Source: Escherichia phage vB_EcoM_PhAPEC2. From it: a DNA stretch of 64,000 nucleotides. Of the stretch, positions 1-8,135 are shown piece by piece (the stretch's first letter is position 1; the number at the start of each line of letters is the position of its first letter). The notes under the pieces are model-generated. The model was not told the DNA's origin and did not search any database. It saw only the letters and a program-made list of their open reading frames with translations. The translations under genes were made by a program, and so were the position numbers. The stretch lies in sequence record NC_024794.1. One strand, written 5' to 3'.

Positions 1-189
1 CAACAAGGCTTCAAGCTTAACGATATCGCTGGTACGTTCAAATTTGCGAGTATCTATCTTACTAGCAAGTTCAGAAATACGTGCTAATAGACTTTCAGCT
101 TCAACCAAAGCTGCACCTAGCTTAGTCGCAAATGTGTCAGTAGCTTCGCTAAGAATAGATTCTGATAAAAATTCACTATATGTTTTCAT
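1..189 (-). CDS. Internal-protein-like gene, N-terminal fragment (runs off window); ipIII-like position downstream of e
   Basis: Minus-strand ATG at 189 overlaps the e stop (ATGA); translation begins [10 protein letters not shown]..., matching the T4 internal-protein capsid-targeting sequence (IPIII: MKTYQEFIAE, recalled). Confidence 0.5.
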   Translation of the reverse strand, partial: MKTYSEFLSESILSEATDTFATKLGAALVEAESLLARISELASKIDTRKFERTSDIVKLEALL

Positions 190-674
190 ATATACGCTTT
201 CCAAGTTCCTGTTTTAAATGTTGAGATTACGCGTTTCGCGCGATTAGGTGTCTGACGATACCATTTAGATTTGGCTAGATTTACTGCCGCTTCGTCCCAA
301 CGTTTCTGTTGAAGCATACGAAGAGAATTAGTAAAACCAGCGACGCCTGCTACACCCATTTGGAAGACCATATTGATCAATGCACATCGACGAACCGCAT
401 CTAAAGAATCATATACCGGTTTAAGTTTAGCATTACCTAAGATTCCGCGAACGGCTTTATCAACGTCTTCATTAAATAGCTTTTCAGCCTCATCAAGGGT
501 AATTGTACCGTTGCATTTACGACCGATCATTCTGTCAAGTTCAGCTTTAGCTACGGCTAAAGACGGGTTCTTTGTTACTAAATGGCCTATGCCAATCGTC
601 CAAAAGCCTTCAGTGTCTTTGTATAAAGTCAGTCTAAGACCTTCGTCGTTACGAAGCATTTCAAATATATTCAT
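186..674 (-). CDS. e: Endolysin (T4 lysozyme)
   Basis: [32 protein letters not shown]... is near-identical to T4 lysozyme; GGAGG Shine-Dalgarno before the ATG at 674 (the ORF track extends to a GTG at 686). Confidence 0.95.
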   Translation of the reverse strand: MNIFEMLRNDEGLRLTLYKDTEGFWTIGIGHLVTKNPSLAVAKAELDRMIGRKCNGTITLDEAEKLFNEDVDKAVRGILGNAKLKPVYDSLDAVRRCALINMVFQMGVAGVAGFTNSLRMLQQKRWDEAAVNLAKSKWYRQTPNRAKRVISTFKTGTWKAYI

Positions 675-708
675 AATACCTCCCACGTTTATAGGAGGTA
701 TTTATTAC

Positions 709-1167
709 TTATAGGAGGGTAGTGAGCACCTTATATAATGATTTGCCCATTACATATTCCCATTGAGAAGGTTTAATTAAAGCGAATGCATCAAATTCAG
801 GAATCTGACGTCCATCTGGGAATGTATGATAGGAATTACAAATACTGTTTCTGAATTGCTCGTGCTCTACAGGGATGGTATATAGGAACAGATGAATATT
901 CTTATTGTCTGAGTAATGATGTTCGCCTAGGTCTTTCAGGAAGGCAGGGTCATATTGTGTAAACCCAGTTTCTTCTTCGCATTCACGAATAGCGGCTTCG
1001 ATAGGAGATTCGCCAGGTTCGACACGGCCTTTAGGAATATCCCACCGATGAGCTAATGCACCTTTAGGACGAGAACCAGTTACACGGCCCATGAATAACT
1101 CTTTATCTTTTGTCATGAAGATAATACCGGCTGATAGTTCTTTCACTTTATTTTTCTTACTCATCAT
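709..1167 (-). CDS. nudE: Nudix hydrolase
   Basis: Nudix box GRVEPGESPIEAAIRECEEETGF; adjacent to e as T4 e.1/nudE. Confidence 0.8.
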   Translation of the reverse strand: MMSKKNKVKELSAGIIFMTKDKELFMGRVTGSRPKGALAHRWDIPKGRVEPGESPIEAAIRECEEETGFTQYDPAFLKDLGEHHYSDNKNIHLFLYTIPVEHEQFRNSICNSYHTFPDGRQIPEFDAFALIKPSQWEYVMGKSLYKVLTTLL

Positions 1168-1408
1168 CTCGGTCCCATGATTTGGCCATTAATTCGGACA
1201 TAAATTCTTCAATGCGCGTTTCTTTAGACGGACTTTCACTATTAGAGACCGCAAGTTTGTAATCTGCAATAGGACGGAACAAATCAAGGTCCATATTAAG
1301 ATCGTCTTTGATTTTTTCTTCTGACACATCTTTATCGTATGTGTACAGATAACTATCACATGATTCTGATTTAATGTAAATTGCTATACTCATCTCAAAT
1401 TCCTGCAT
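1157..1408 (-). CDS. Hypothetical early protein (83 aa)
   Basis: ORF in the minus-strand early operon; start overlaps the upstream stop. Confidence 0.45.
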   Translation of the reverse strand: MQEFEMSIAIYIKSESCDSYLYTYDKDVSEEKIKDDLNMDLDLFRPIADYKLAVSNSESPSKETRIEEFMSELMAKSWDRDDE

Positions 1409-1881
1409 TCGGTAATAAAACGTTCAACTTCATTATTCTTGGCTTTTATCTTGTCTTTATGTTCTTGTAAACTACTTTTAATAAGATTAATAATGATGGC
1501 AGCGGTACCACCGCCAATGATGCCACCAACAACACTTATGATACTAGATGCTAATAAGATAGCAATAATATCAACAAAACCGAAAGAACTCACCTTAGTA
1601 CTAAAAAACCACACTGACGGTACAAATATAATCCATCCTGTTATCCATTGGCACTTATTGAAAAACTTTTCAAGCTCAGCTTGAGTTGTTCGTATTACTT
1701 CATCGATAGGTTGATATCCGTTAATGTATCTGTTCACAATAATACCTGCTGGCTGGTCGATTTTAAATTCTTGGCAAATATGTTTCACTAAGTAGGATGG
1801 ACATCCTGTCCAATCTACTGAATAGTATGAAATACCTTCATTGCCATCGTCTATATTAGACCAATATGTTTTGTTAATCAT
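1390..1881 (-). CDS. Membrane protein with C-terminal ExFIxECR tail
   Basis: Gly/Ile-rich predicted TM segment; C-terminus ERFITECRNLR; TAATG overlap with the upstream gene. Confidence 0.5.
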   Translation of the reverse strand: MINKTYWSNIDDGNEGISYYSVDWTGCPSYLVKHICQEFKIDQPAGIIVNRYINGYQPIDEVIRTTQAELEKFFNKCQWITGWIIFVPSVWFFSTKVSSFGFVDIIAILLASSIISVVGGIIGGGTAAIIINLIKSSLQEHKDKIKAKNNEVERFITECRNLR

Positions 1882-2567
1882 TACCAGCCTTCCATAGGGA
1901 ATTCCAGATAAACTTGAGCATTGACACGAATTTCATTGGTAATCTTTTTAACTCGATCTGTATTACGAGATACACGTCCGAACCAACGCCATCCGTTACT
2001 AATTGCACGAGAACCAGTGTGCCATGTTTGCCAATCAAACTGAAGAAGAGTACGGTCTGGAGCTTCCCATTTCTCTAGTTCGCCTTTTTCGATTTTTTCG
2101 AGGACTTCTTTGTGCCACTGACGATAGATAAGTTCGCCATCAGGAATCTGACTGAACTCTGCAGTTCCTGTTGCAAAATGAGTAGGACACACACCAGCGT
2201 TAACAAGACCAAGAATATGTTCAGAATGGTAACGAGGGTTGTCATAGTCAGGTTGTCCTGCAGTAATAAAGTGTTGACCAACTGGAATATCAGGGCGTGG
2301 TACGTCATCATGGTGATAGCCTGGGATTGCAGGATACCAACCAGGCATCAGCATGTGGACTCGTGAATCAAATACAACCTGGTCGGTGTTCCAATCATCA
2401 GGCAAGTTCATAATGAAAGAGCGAGTAATAGGACCGCCGTTATTATAAGCAAATTCTAAACTACAGTTGAAGAACATAGGCTCGTTCTTGATTTTATCAT
2501 TAGAAATGCTACCGGCAAAACCACCTACTGCACGAGCTTGACTATTAAACACTTTAGAACTATTCAT
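1881..2567 (-). CDS. Hypothetical protein (228 aa)
   Basis: Long ORF with His/Asp-rich segments; no family recognised. Confidence 0.5.
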   Translation of the reverse strand: MNSSKVFNSQARAVGGFAGSISNDKIKNEPMFFNCSLEFAYNNGGPITRSFIMNLPDDWNTDQVVFDSRVHMLMPGWYPAIPGYHHDDVPRPDIPVGQHFITAGQPDYDNPRYHSEHILGLVNAGVCPTHFATGTAEFSQIPDGELIYRQWHKEVLEKIEKGELEKWEAPDRTLLQFDWQTWHTGSRAISNGWRWFGRVSRNTDRVKKITNEIRVNAQVYLEFPMEGW

Positions 2568-2568
2568 A

Positions 2569-2874
2569 TTATTTTCCTCGACATTCTTTAATGAAATTTT
2601 CTAGATTGGTAGATTCAATAGCTTTTTTACGAGCTTCTGCGTGTTCTTCTTCAGACAATTTACGTTTATAATTGACCCAGACATTATGGTCTAAACCAGT
2701 TGTGGCATATAATATCAAAGCTCCGACGAATAATAAAAACGGTGATAAAAATATACAACCAGGAACACCATCCATACTGTAAGCCTTTTGTAATACGGCA
2801 ACAGAAAGAGCTGCGTAAAAAAGCGATGCAAATATTGTAAAAAGACCGATTCGGTTGGTTTCGCCTAATTTCAT
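2569..2874 (-). CDS. Small membrane protein with C-terminal ENFIKECR tail
   Basis: Two hydrophobic segments; C-terminus ENFIKECRGK; early promoter cassette upstream at 2903-2931. Confidence 0.55.
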   Translation of the reverse strand: MKLGETNRIGLFTIFASLFYAALSVAVLQKAYSMDGVPGCIFLSPFLLFVGALILYATTGLDHNVWVNYKRKLSEEEHAEARKKAIESTNLENFIKECRGK

Positions 2875-2902
2875 AATATTCTCCTCATGTTTTAATAGGA
2901 CT

Positions 2903-2931
2903 ACTATAACATAGTCCTATAATTGTGTAAA
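2903..2931 (-). promoter_or_regulatory. Early promoter cassette (PeSL-like) with palindrome
   Basis: Minus strand: TTTACA, 17 bp, TATAGT; the -10 is embedded in palindrome ATAGGACTA-N7-TAGTCCTAT. Confidence 0.6.
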
Positions 2932-2944
2932 CAGTTTTGTGAAG

Positions 2945-3901
2945 TTATTTGAAAGGTTTTACCATATGGAAATTTTGTTTGAAACGTTTTACGTAATCGT
3001 CGTGTCCTAAGCTTTGGTACATACTTACAACTTTGCTGTAGTTTTCCCAGGCGTATTCACGGAACCAACCGGAGGTGATGCTTGTGCAGACTTTTTCTAA
3101 TGCCATCATGAAACTGGCTTCAGGGTTAATTTTAAAGTCATTAGGAATCTGAGAACGTTCTAACGCTAGTACACATGATTCTTCGTATACACCGGCCAAT
3201 TTGACCATTTCTGGTAACGATTCGAACTTCTCGCGTGAGGTCATGACTTCAGAACCGTCTTTCATGTAAAACGTATAAGCCGGACGGTCTGTTAGTGCAA
3301 TGGCTTCATGAATAGTATCATGGTCATATGTATAGATGTCATCTTTAAAGAACGCACTTTTAGAAGTGTCAAGAACTGGGTGAGCATAGTTCAAAGTTTC
3401 TTTCTGGCGTTTCAGCATAATTTCAGTAAGTTCATCGTTCAGTGTAACACCTTTACCACGAAGATACTGGATATGGTTCATAGTCTTTAAAAAGAATGGA
3501 TTATTTTTCTTGAAACGATGAGACATTTTAATTGCAAGACATATCTCAGGAGTTGCCCAGTAAAACCCGGTCAAACGATCTTTAGTCAAATTTTTCTTGG
3601 CGTATTTTAAAAGGTCATAAGAAGACGTGAAATCTTCAGGAGTGAGTTCGCCGATTAATTCACGGACATTAGTGATTGCCGGAACAATATACGCTTCAAA
3701 ATGAGTTTCGCGTCCGTTATGGAAGCATTTGAAAACTTGGACATCAGGGTTATCTTGGTGAACATATACACCCATCATTTGATTTTTGAATGCATTCCAA
3801 GAACATTGGTCTGCAATAAAGTCCCAGTCACTATTTTTGATAGCGTTAGAATCAATAAGACCATGATAGTGAAGTGCACGAGAACCAATAACTAACATCA
3901 T
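2945..3901 (-). CDS. Putative Pol-beta-superfamily nucleotidyltransferase (318 aa)
   Basis: N-terminal hGS...SDxDh signature (VIGSRALHYHGLIDSNAIKNSDWDFIA) typical of minimal nucleotidyltransferases; no T4 counterpart recalled. Confidence 0.5.
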   Translation of the reverse strand: MMLVIGSRALHYHGLIDSNAIKNSDWDFIADQCSWNAFKNQMMGVYVHQDNPDVQVFKCFHNGRETHFEAYIVPAITNVRELIGELTPEDFTSSYDLLKYAKKNLTKDRLTGFYWATPEICLAIKMSHRFKKNNPFFLKTMNHIQYLRGKGVTLNDELTEIMLKRQKETLNYAHPVLDTSKSAFFKDDIYTYDHDTIHEAIALTDRPAYTFYMKDGSEVMTSREKFESLPEMVKLAGVYEESCVLALERSQIPNDFKINPEASFMMALEKVCTSITSGWFREYAWENYSKVVSMYQSLGHDDYVKRFKQNFHMVKPFK

Positions 3902-3929
3902 AATATTTTCCTCGGATTAATTCATTAAC

Positions 3930-4169
3930 TTAAATTTCACGACATGCGATATTATATTCATCCCAGAGGTCATCATGTGAAGCCTCTACCAATGGAACGA
4001 TTGTACCGTTTATGTCTTCATTATAAGGGCAAATTGTACAGTGCGCGTCTTCGAATCGGATGCCTTTGTGTTCAGATTTTTTATAACGCATATCGAATAT
4101 CTTTGCAAACTTTTCACGAGTAATGGTTTTAGCAACCACTTTGGTTCCAATACTTTCGTAATAAATCAT
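3930..4169 (-). CDS. Hypothetical early protein (79 aa)
   Basis: ORF directly downstream of the early promoter cassette at 4198-4226. Confidence 0.45.
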   Translation of the reverse strand: MIYYESIGTKVVAKTITREKFAKIFDMRYKKSEHKGIRFEDAHCTICPYNEDINGTIVPLVEASHDDLWDEYNIACREI

Positions 4170-4197
4170 TGTGGACTCCGTTTAATTTGATAGGACT

Positions 4198-4226
4198 ACT
4201 ATAACATAGCCCTATCTTGTTGTAAA
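4198..4226 (-). promoter_or_regulatory. Early promoter cassette (PeSL-like)
   Basis: Same architecture and near-identical sequence to 2903-2931 and 11747-11775. Confidence 0.6.
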
Positions 4227-4231
4227 CTGTT

Positions 4232-4429
4232 TTAGCAAGAATAACTAGATGATACCCAGCCTTGAACAGTGATACTATTGTGGGATAATGAGATCGCGTC
4301 CTGGAGATTCAGACCTGCGTTATCTTCAATCCATAATGTAACTTCTTCGCGTTCTTCTGTTGCAATTTGGAACAGGTTTTCCAGGGCAGCTACTGCCGTA
4401 CGTACAGCACAATCTAATTCACGAGACAT
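4232..4429 (-). CDS. Paralog family member, C-terminus GWVSSSYSC
   Basis: Third of three tandem paralogs ending GxWVxSSxxC-stop. Confidence 0.5.
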   Translation of the reverse strand: MSRELDCAVRTAVAALENLFQIATEEREEVTLWIEDNAGLNLQDAISLSHNSITVQGWVSSSYSC

Positions 4430-4438
4430 ATGATTTCC

Positions 4439-4711
4439 TTAACAAGTGTGAGAAGATGCAACCCAACCACCAGTTTCGAGGCTCAGGTTGTAGTCGTATT
4501 GGTAAACGTCGGCCCATTCAGCATAGCCGTTTTTTGTACAACGTTCAAGATCGGCTTTAAGATGTCCTGGTGAATGATAGGTTCCACCCATACCATAAGC
4601 TGGGTACAAGTCGAATGTTGTGTTTTGTTTATCAGCAATTTCTTTGGCAGCCTCAATAGCTGCATAGATTTTTGCTACGGCTTCAGCCAGTTCGGTTTGT
4701 TCTTTAGACAT
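4439..4711 (-). CDS. Paralog family member, C-terminus GGWVASSHTC
   Basis: Shares GGTYHSPG and C-terminal motifs with 4721-5026; the conserved codons differ at synonymous sites. Confidence 0.55.
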   Translation of the reverse strand: MSKEQTELAEAVAKIYAAIEAAKEIADKQNTTFDLYPAYGMGGTYHSPGHLKADLERCTKNGYAEWADVYQYDYNLSLETGGWVASSHTC

Positions 4712-4720
4712 AATGATTCC

Positions 4721-5026
4721 TTAGCACAACGCAGAAGACGAAACCCAAGCACCTTCAGTAATAACGTAACCATTACCTTCACGCTTAACATCGCCACCAT
4801 TATTTTCAATTTCATCTTTCATCCACTGGGATACGATTTCACCCTTAGGATAATAAGTACGACCGCTACCATAATCACCTACAGAAAATGATACGGCATA
4901 TTGGTCTGCGATCTTTGTTGCTTCTTCTTCGATACGTTCAGCTTGATTCAGAAGTTTATAAATTGCATCTGAAGCGGATTTGGCATCATTAAACTCTGGT
5001 ACTTTAATTTCAATAATCTTACTCAT
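4721..5026 (-). CDS. Paralog family member, C-terminus GAWVSSSALC
   Basis: Shares GRTYYPKG and C-terminal motifs; start overlaps the upstream stop (ATGA). Confidence 0.55.
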   Translation of the reverse strand: MSKIIEIKVPEFNDAKSASDAIYKLLNQAERIEEEATKIADQYAVSFSVGDYGSGRTYYPKGEIVSQWMKDEIENNGGDVKREGNGYVITEGAWVSSSALC

Positions 5027-5382
5027 TTTCTACATTCCTTAATAAAGTTTTCAATTGTTTCATTTTCACGTCTAGCTAGGAGTTCATTATAACTAATCAT
5101 TTGAGAAGCGTAAACCTTTTTATTTTTCTTGTTATGGTTTATAAAATCGTAGTAAAAATAGACTACAGTACAAAATGATGCGATGGATGCAAAGGCTTGG
5201 GTGTATCTTAGGTCCTGCCATTGGTCTGTGAATCCACCGGTATTCCCTATAAATCCTAACACAACTCCGTCAATAAGAAATCCAACTAATCCAAAGGCAA
5301 ATCCCATGCCAATACTCATAATAAAAATTAGAATGTTCTCACCAAGAGACGGCCATACGGTTAAGAGTTGAGGCTTTTGCAT
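5023..5382 (-). CDS. Small membrane protein with C-terminal ENFIKECRK tail
   Basis: N-terminal TM helices, charged C-terminal half, terminal ENFIKECRK. Confidence 0.55.
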   Translation of the reverse strand: MQKPQLLTVWPSLGENILIFIMSIGMGFAFGLVGFLIDGVVLGFIGNTGGFTDQWQDLRYTQAFASIASFCTVVYFYYDFINHNKKNKKVYASQMISYNELLARRENETIENFIKECRK

Positions 5383-5756
5383 CTTATTTCCTTAACGAAT
5401 TCCATAGCTTCTTCATATTCATATTTTTTAACAGCTTCATCATACTGAGCTTGGGCTTTTGCGCACTGAACTTTCCACTCGCGAACTCGAGCTCTGTGAT
5501 GACGGCCTTGGTGCCAATATCCTGCCCAATTAATAGGCATTAATAAAAACGGTACAATAAGTGGTGCGACGAACATTAATGAAAACGCTGCATCAGACGA
5601 TATAACTTTATTGGAATCTAAAATAGCTCCTATAATCATAAAGATTAAAAATGCTAAAGCTAAAATAGGGCCAAATAGTACTTCGTTTGGGATTAATTTA
5701 CGTTTGTATTCGTATGCCCATGGCTTAATTGGCATGTACAGGGTTGGCTTTGACAT
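5361..5756 (-). CDS. Small membrane protein with EFVKEIRC tail
   Basis: Likely ATG at 5756 (MSKPTLYM...; the track starts at a TTG at 5786); two TM segments. Confidence 0.5.
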   Translation of the reverse strand: MSKPTLYMPIKPWAYEYKRKLIPNEVLFGPILALAFLIFMIIGAILDSNKVISSDAAFSLMFVAPLIVPFLLMPINWAGYWHQGRHHRARVREWKVQCAKAQAQYDEAVKKYEYEEAMEFVKEIRCKSLNS

Positions 5757-6327
5757 ATTCTCTACATTCCATAATAAATTGCTCAAGGATTAAATTGTTA
5801 GTGAAATTAGGACTAACAACCATAGTTTCATAAAGCGCATCAATAGCACTTAAAGCATCAACTCTTTTAAGCAAAGGCTTGCCTTCATACATAGTTTCAG
5901 AATCGACGATTAACGTAAAGTAATATTTTTTATTATCGACTAGAACTTCTGTGTCGATATAAAACATATTAGACCTCAGAAGCTTATCTCTAAAACCATA
6001 ATAATCTTCTGAACGTTCGCTGATATATTCCAATTCAGTGTTTAAACAACAAACAGACCACGTAGGAGCAACGAAATCAGTGAATCTAATATCATGGTCT
6101 GCAACTAGTTTAGCAATAGCTCCGATATCATGAATCATAATACCTGGGGCTAATAAAGATTTTCTGCTATGGCTAGCAGTTTTCTCAGTGGTCTCATAAG
6201 AAGCTGACCAGTACCATTTACGTCCGGTTGCAACATATCGTAATGAATCAACTAAAGACGTAGGTGGATTTACCTTATCTCGGAACTCTTCGAACATTGA
6301 GTCAATATCATTATTTTGGTTTCGCAT
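5725..6327 (-). CDS. Hypothetical protein with C-terminal EQFIMECR motif
   Basis: Likely start MRNQNN at 6327 with an AAGGAG Shine-Dalgarno; the track start at 6372 lies inside the terminator hairpin. Confidence 0.5.
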   Translation of the reverse strand: MRNQNNDIDSMFEEFRDKVNPPTSLVDSLRYVATGRKWYWSASYETTEKTASHSRKSLLAPGIMIHDIGAIAKLVADHDIRFTDFVAPTWSVCCLNTELEYISERSEDYYGFRDKLLRSNMFYIDTEVLVDNKKYYFTLIVDSETMYEGKPLLKRVDALSAIDALYETMVVSPNFTNNLILEQFIMECREYVKANPVHAN

Positions 6328-6344
6328 GTTAACTCCTTTATTAT

Positions 6345-6368
6345 CCAAAAGGAGGACCGGAGTCCTCC
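6345..6368 (-). terminator. Rho-independent terminator
   Basis: GGAGGAC-UCCG-GUCCUCC hairpin followed by UUUUGG on the minus strand. Confidence 0.6.
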
Positions 6369-6376
6369 GCATTATT

Positions 6377-6985
6377 TTATTTCAAAGAGTTAATATATTC
6401 TTGTACATCAGCAGAAGTGGTTTCGACACCGGCTGGAGTGCCATTGAACGTTTCAACACGAGTCAGAGTGTCTTCGATATCAACCTTAGTCAGTGCAGCG
6501 ATTTCAATTACATCATCGGCTGTAGAGATACCAAGGGCATTGGCTGCTCGAGTTTCACGAATGTATTCGAGTTTAATTGCCAGGTTCTGACGAGCATCGT
6601 CAAGTTCAACCACCTTACGAGCAATTTCAATTCGCATAGCGGCATACCCGTCGGCTTTTGTATTAAGTTGTTCGGCAGTTCGACGATACAGAAGACCAAG
6701 TTTAGCATGCATAGTAACATCTTGTCCTTCAGCCAGGAGCTTGCGAATTTCACGTTCCTTAGAAGCGGCTTGCTTGTTCTTTTCATTAACAAGTTCGCGA
6801 ATACGTTTTTCTTCATTAATAGATTTAACAGAAGCCGTTTTTAGTTCTTTGATTTGGGTAATCAACTTATCTGCAGCTGCGTTATACTGTTCTTCGACAG
6901 TCAGATTTTTAGCCATAGCAGTACCCAGTTTAGTGCGGATGAATTCAACAAGTTTCTTCAGTGTGTTCATATTATTACCTTTCAA
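6377..6985 (-). CDS. Coiled-coil protein, possibly PspA/IM30-like
   Basis: About 200 aa, predicted all-helical with heptad-like charged repeats and a PspA-like N-terminal pattern; weak call. Confidence 0.3.
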   Translation of the reverse strand: MKGNNMNTLKKLVEFIRTKLGTAMAKNLTVEEQYNAAADKLITQIKELKTASVKSINEEKRIRELVNEKNKQAASKEREIRKLLAEGQDVTMHAKLGLLYRRTAEQLNTKADGYAAMRIEIARKVVELDDARQNLAIKLEYIRETRAANALGISTADDVIEIAALTKVDIEDTLTRVETFNGTPAGVETTSADVQEYINSLK

Positions 6986-7011
6986 TTGGTGGTTTATTAT
7001 CCAATGAGAGC

Positions 7012-7040
7012 ATTATACTCTGCTCTCAAGAGTTTGTAAA
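7012..7040 (-). promoter_or_regulatory. Early promoter
   Basis: Minus strand: TTTACA, 17 bp, TATAAT, with inverted repeat GAGAGC/GCTCTC around the -10; upstream of 6377-6985. Confidence 0.55.
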
Positions 7041-7268
7041 TTATTTTTTAATCAAATTGACATAAAACTTGGCGTCTTCCGGGTGCATGCCTTCACAGTA
7101 TTCTTCAACCATGAACTTCTTAACAGCTTCATAAGGACCACTCAGATTAAGCTCAGTTGTCCAGAACTTGGAATCTTGGGCTGAATCGATACGAACTTCA
7201 GGGTGACGGTTGCGAATAACTTCTTCGGTATATTCATAATCAACGACATCAATACTAACTTTAGCCAT
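7041..7268 (-). CDS. Hypothetical early protein (75 aa)
   Basis: Preceded by early promoter cassette 7299-7327 and Shine-Dalgarno AGAGGAG. Confidence 0.5.
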   Translation of the reverse strand: MAKVSIDVVDYEYTEEVIRNRHPEVRIDSAQDSKFWTTELNLSGPYEAVKKFMVEEYCEGMHPEDAKFYVNLIKK

Positions 7269-7298
7269 TTTGTTTCTCCTCTGTAGTTGATAAGTCTA

Positions 7299-7327
7299 TA
7301 GTATCACCATCCTTGGTGCTTGTACAT
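7299..7327 (-). promoter_or_regulatory. Early promoter cassette (PeSL-like)
   Basis: Minus strand: TGTACA, 17 bp, TGaTACTAT; leader duplicated at 44504-44535. Confidence 0.55.
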
Positions 7328-7334
7328 CATTATT

Positions 7335-7640
7335 TTATTTTTTCCAACTTAACAACTTGTAGTGTCCTTCATTCGTACGAGGTTTATCCCAAGAAACACT
7401 AATATATGATTCGCTGTCAATAGAAGTCGCCGGGTTTTTCTCTACCGTAAGACCTTCACTTTCCAACCATTCAATAGTATTTGCACATAAATCAGAAGAA
7501 CACCTAATCGGGAACCGGCAAGATTTTTCACCTTTAGCTGCAGTGTTATACATCTTTTCTAAAATACGCTTTTGCACGTTTTTAAAAATAGTTTCAGCAG
7601 ATTCTTCAGATTTTTTATTCAGTTCAGTATAAAGACTCAT
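7335..7640 (-). CDS. Hypothetical early protein (about 101 aa)
   Basis: Start chosen at MSLYTELN; the first ATG (7667) lies inside the 3' arm of the hairpin at 7660-7687. Confidence 0.4.
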   Translation of the reverse strand: MSLYTELNKKSEESAETIFKNVQKRILEKMYNTAAKGEKSCRFPIRCSSDLCANTIEWLESEGLTVEKNPATSIDSESYISVSWDKPRTNEGHYKLLSWKK

Positions 7641-7659
7641 AACATTCTTCTCATTAATA

Positions 7660-7687
7660 GGGCTCATAATATCTTAATCATGAGCCC
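7660..7687 (-). terminator. Hairpin between early genes that sequesters a start codon
   Basis: 8-bp stem GGGCTCAT/ATGAGCCC with 12-nt loop; the first ATG of the downstream ORF lies in the 3' arm. Confidence 0.4.
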
Positions 7688-7697
7688 ATGTACACAT

Positions 7698-7973
7698 TTA
7701 TTTCATATTATTGAAATAATCTTCCGCATCAAAATCGTTATCATGGTAAACTTTGGTAGACGATTTGGCGTAGCCTTCGGCCGAGAACATATTAATCACA
7801 ACTTTAATTGTATACCACTGTCCGTCTTCATTACCCATTACTGCGTAAGTTTCAAACATCGGATGGTCAGGTCCAATAACTTTAATATCATTCACCGTAC
7901 GTCCGAAATCTTCTGGAACACATTTCATAAAGAAGTTGAACAGTTCACCGTAATTATCCATTTCATTCTCCAA
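7698..7973 (-). CDS. Hypothetical early protein (91 aa)
   Basis: Downstream of early promoter cassette 8004-8032. Confidence 0.5.
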   Translation of the reverse strand: MENEMDNYGELFNFFMKCVPEDFGRTVNDIKVIGPDHPMFETYAVMGNEDGQWYTIKVVINMFSAEGYAKSSTKVYHDNDFDAEDYFNNMK

Positions 7974-8003
7974 GTTTTTTCTGTATCGGTAGTTGATAGT
8001 TGT

Positions 8004-8032
8004 ATAGTACCACGGAAGAACAGGGATGTAAA
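8004..8032 (-). promoter_or_regulatory. Early promoter cassette
   Basis: Minus strand: TTTACA, 17 bp, TGgTACTAT. Confidence 0.55.
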
Positions 8033-8101
8033 CAGTTTTGTGAAAAAATTTTTAAAAAGTTCTGGGGAATTCTAGGGCAGGGAGAGGAAAGGCCTAGATA
8101 C

Positions 8102-8129
8102 CAAAAAGCCCTATCATTTAGATAGGGCT
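8102..8129 (-). terminator. Rho-independent terminator after ip-like gene
   Basis: AGCCCUAUC-loop-GAUAGGGCU followed by a U-run on the minus strand. Confidence 0.6.
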
Positions 8130-8135
8130 TTAAAA

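Noticed and set aside
1881-2567. Possible 2OG-Fe(II) oxygenase or cupin from the His/Asp-rich segment YHHDD...HSEH
   Set aside because: No spacing-consistent HxD...H triad or other diagnostic motif could be verified by eye; left as hypothetical.
6508-6816. Alternative-frame ORFs overlapping the 6377-6985 coiled-coil gene
   Set aside because: They overlap a longer ORF that has a promoter, Shine-Dalgarno and terminator; the overlapping frames have no independent signals.
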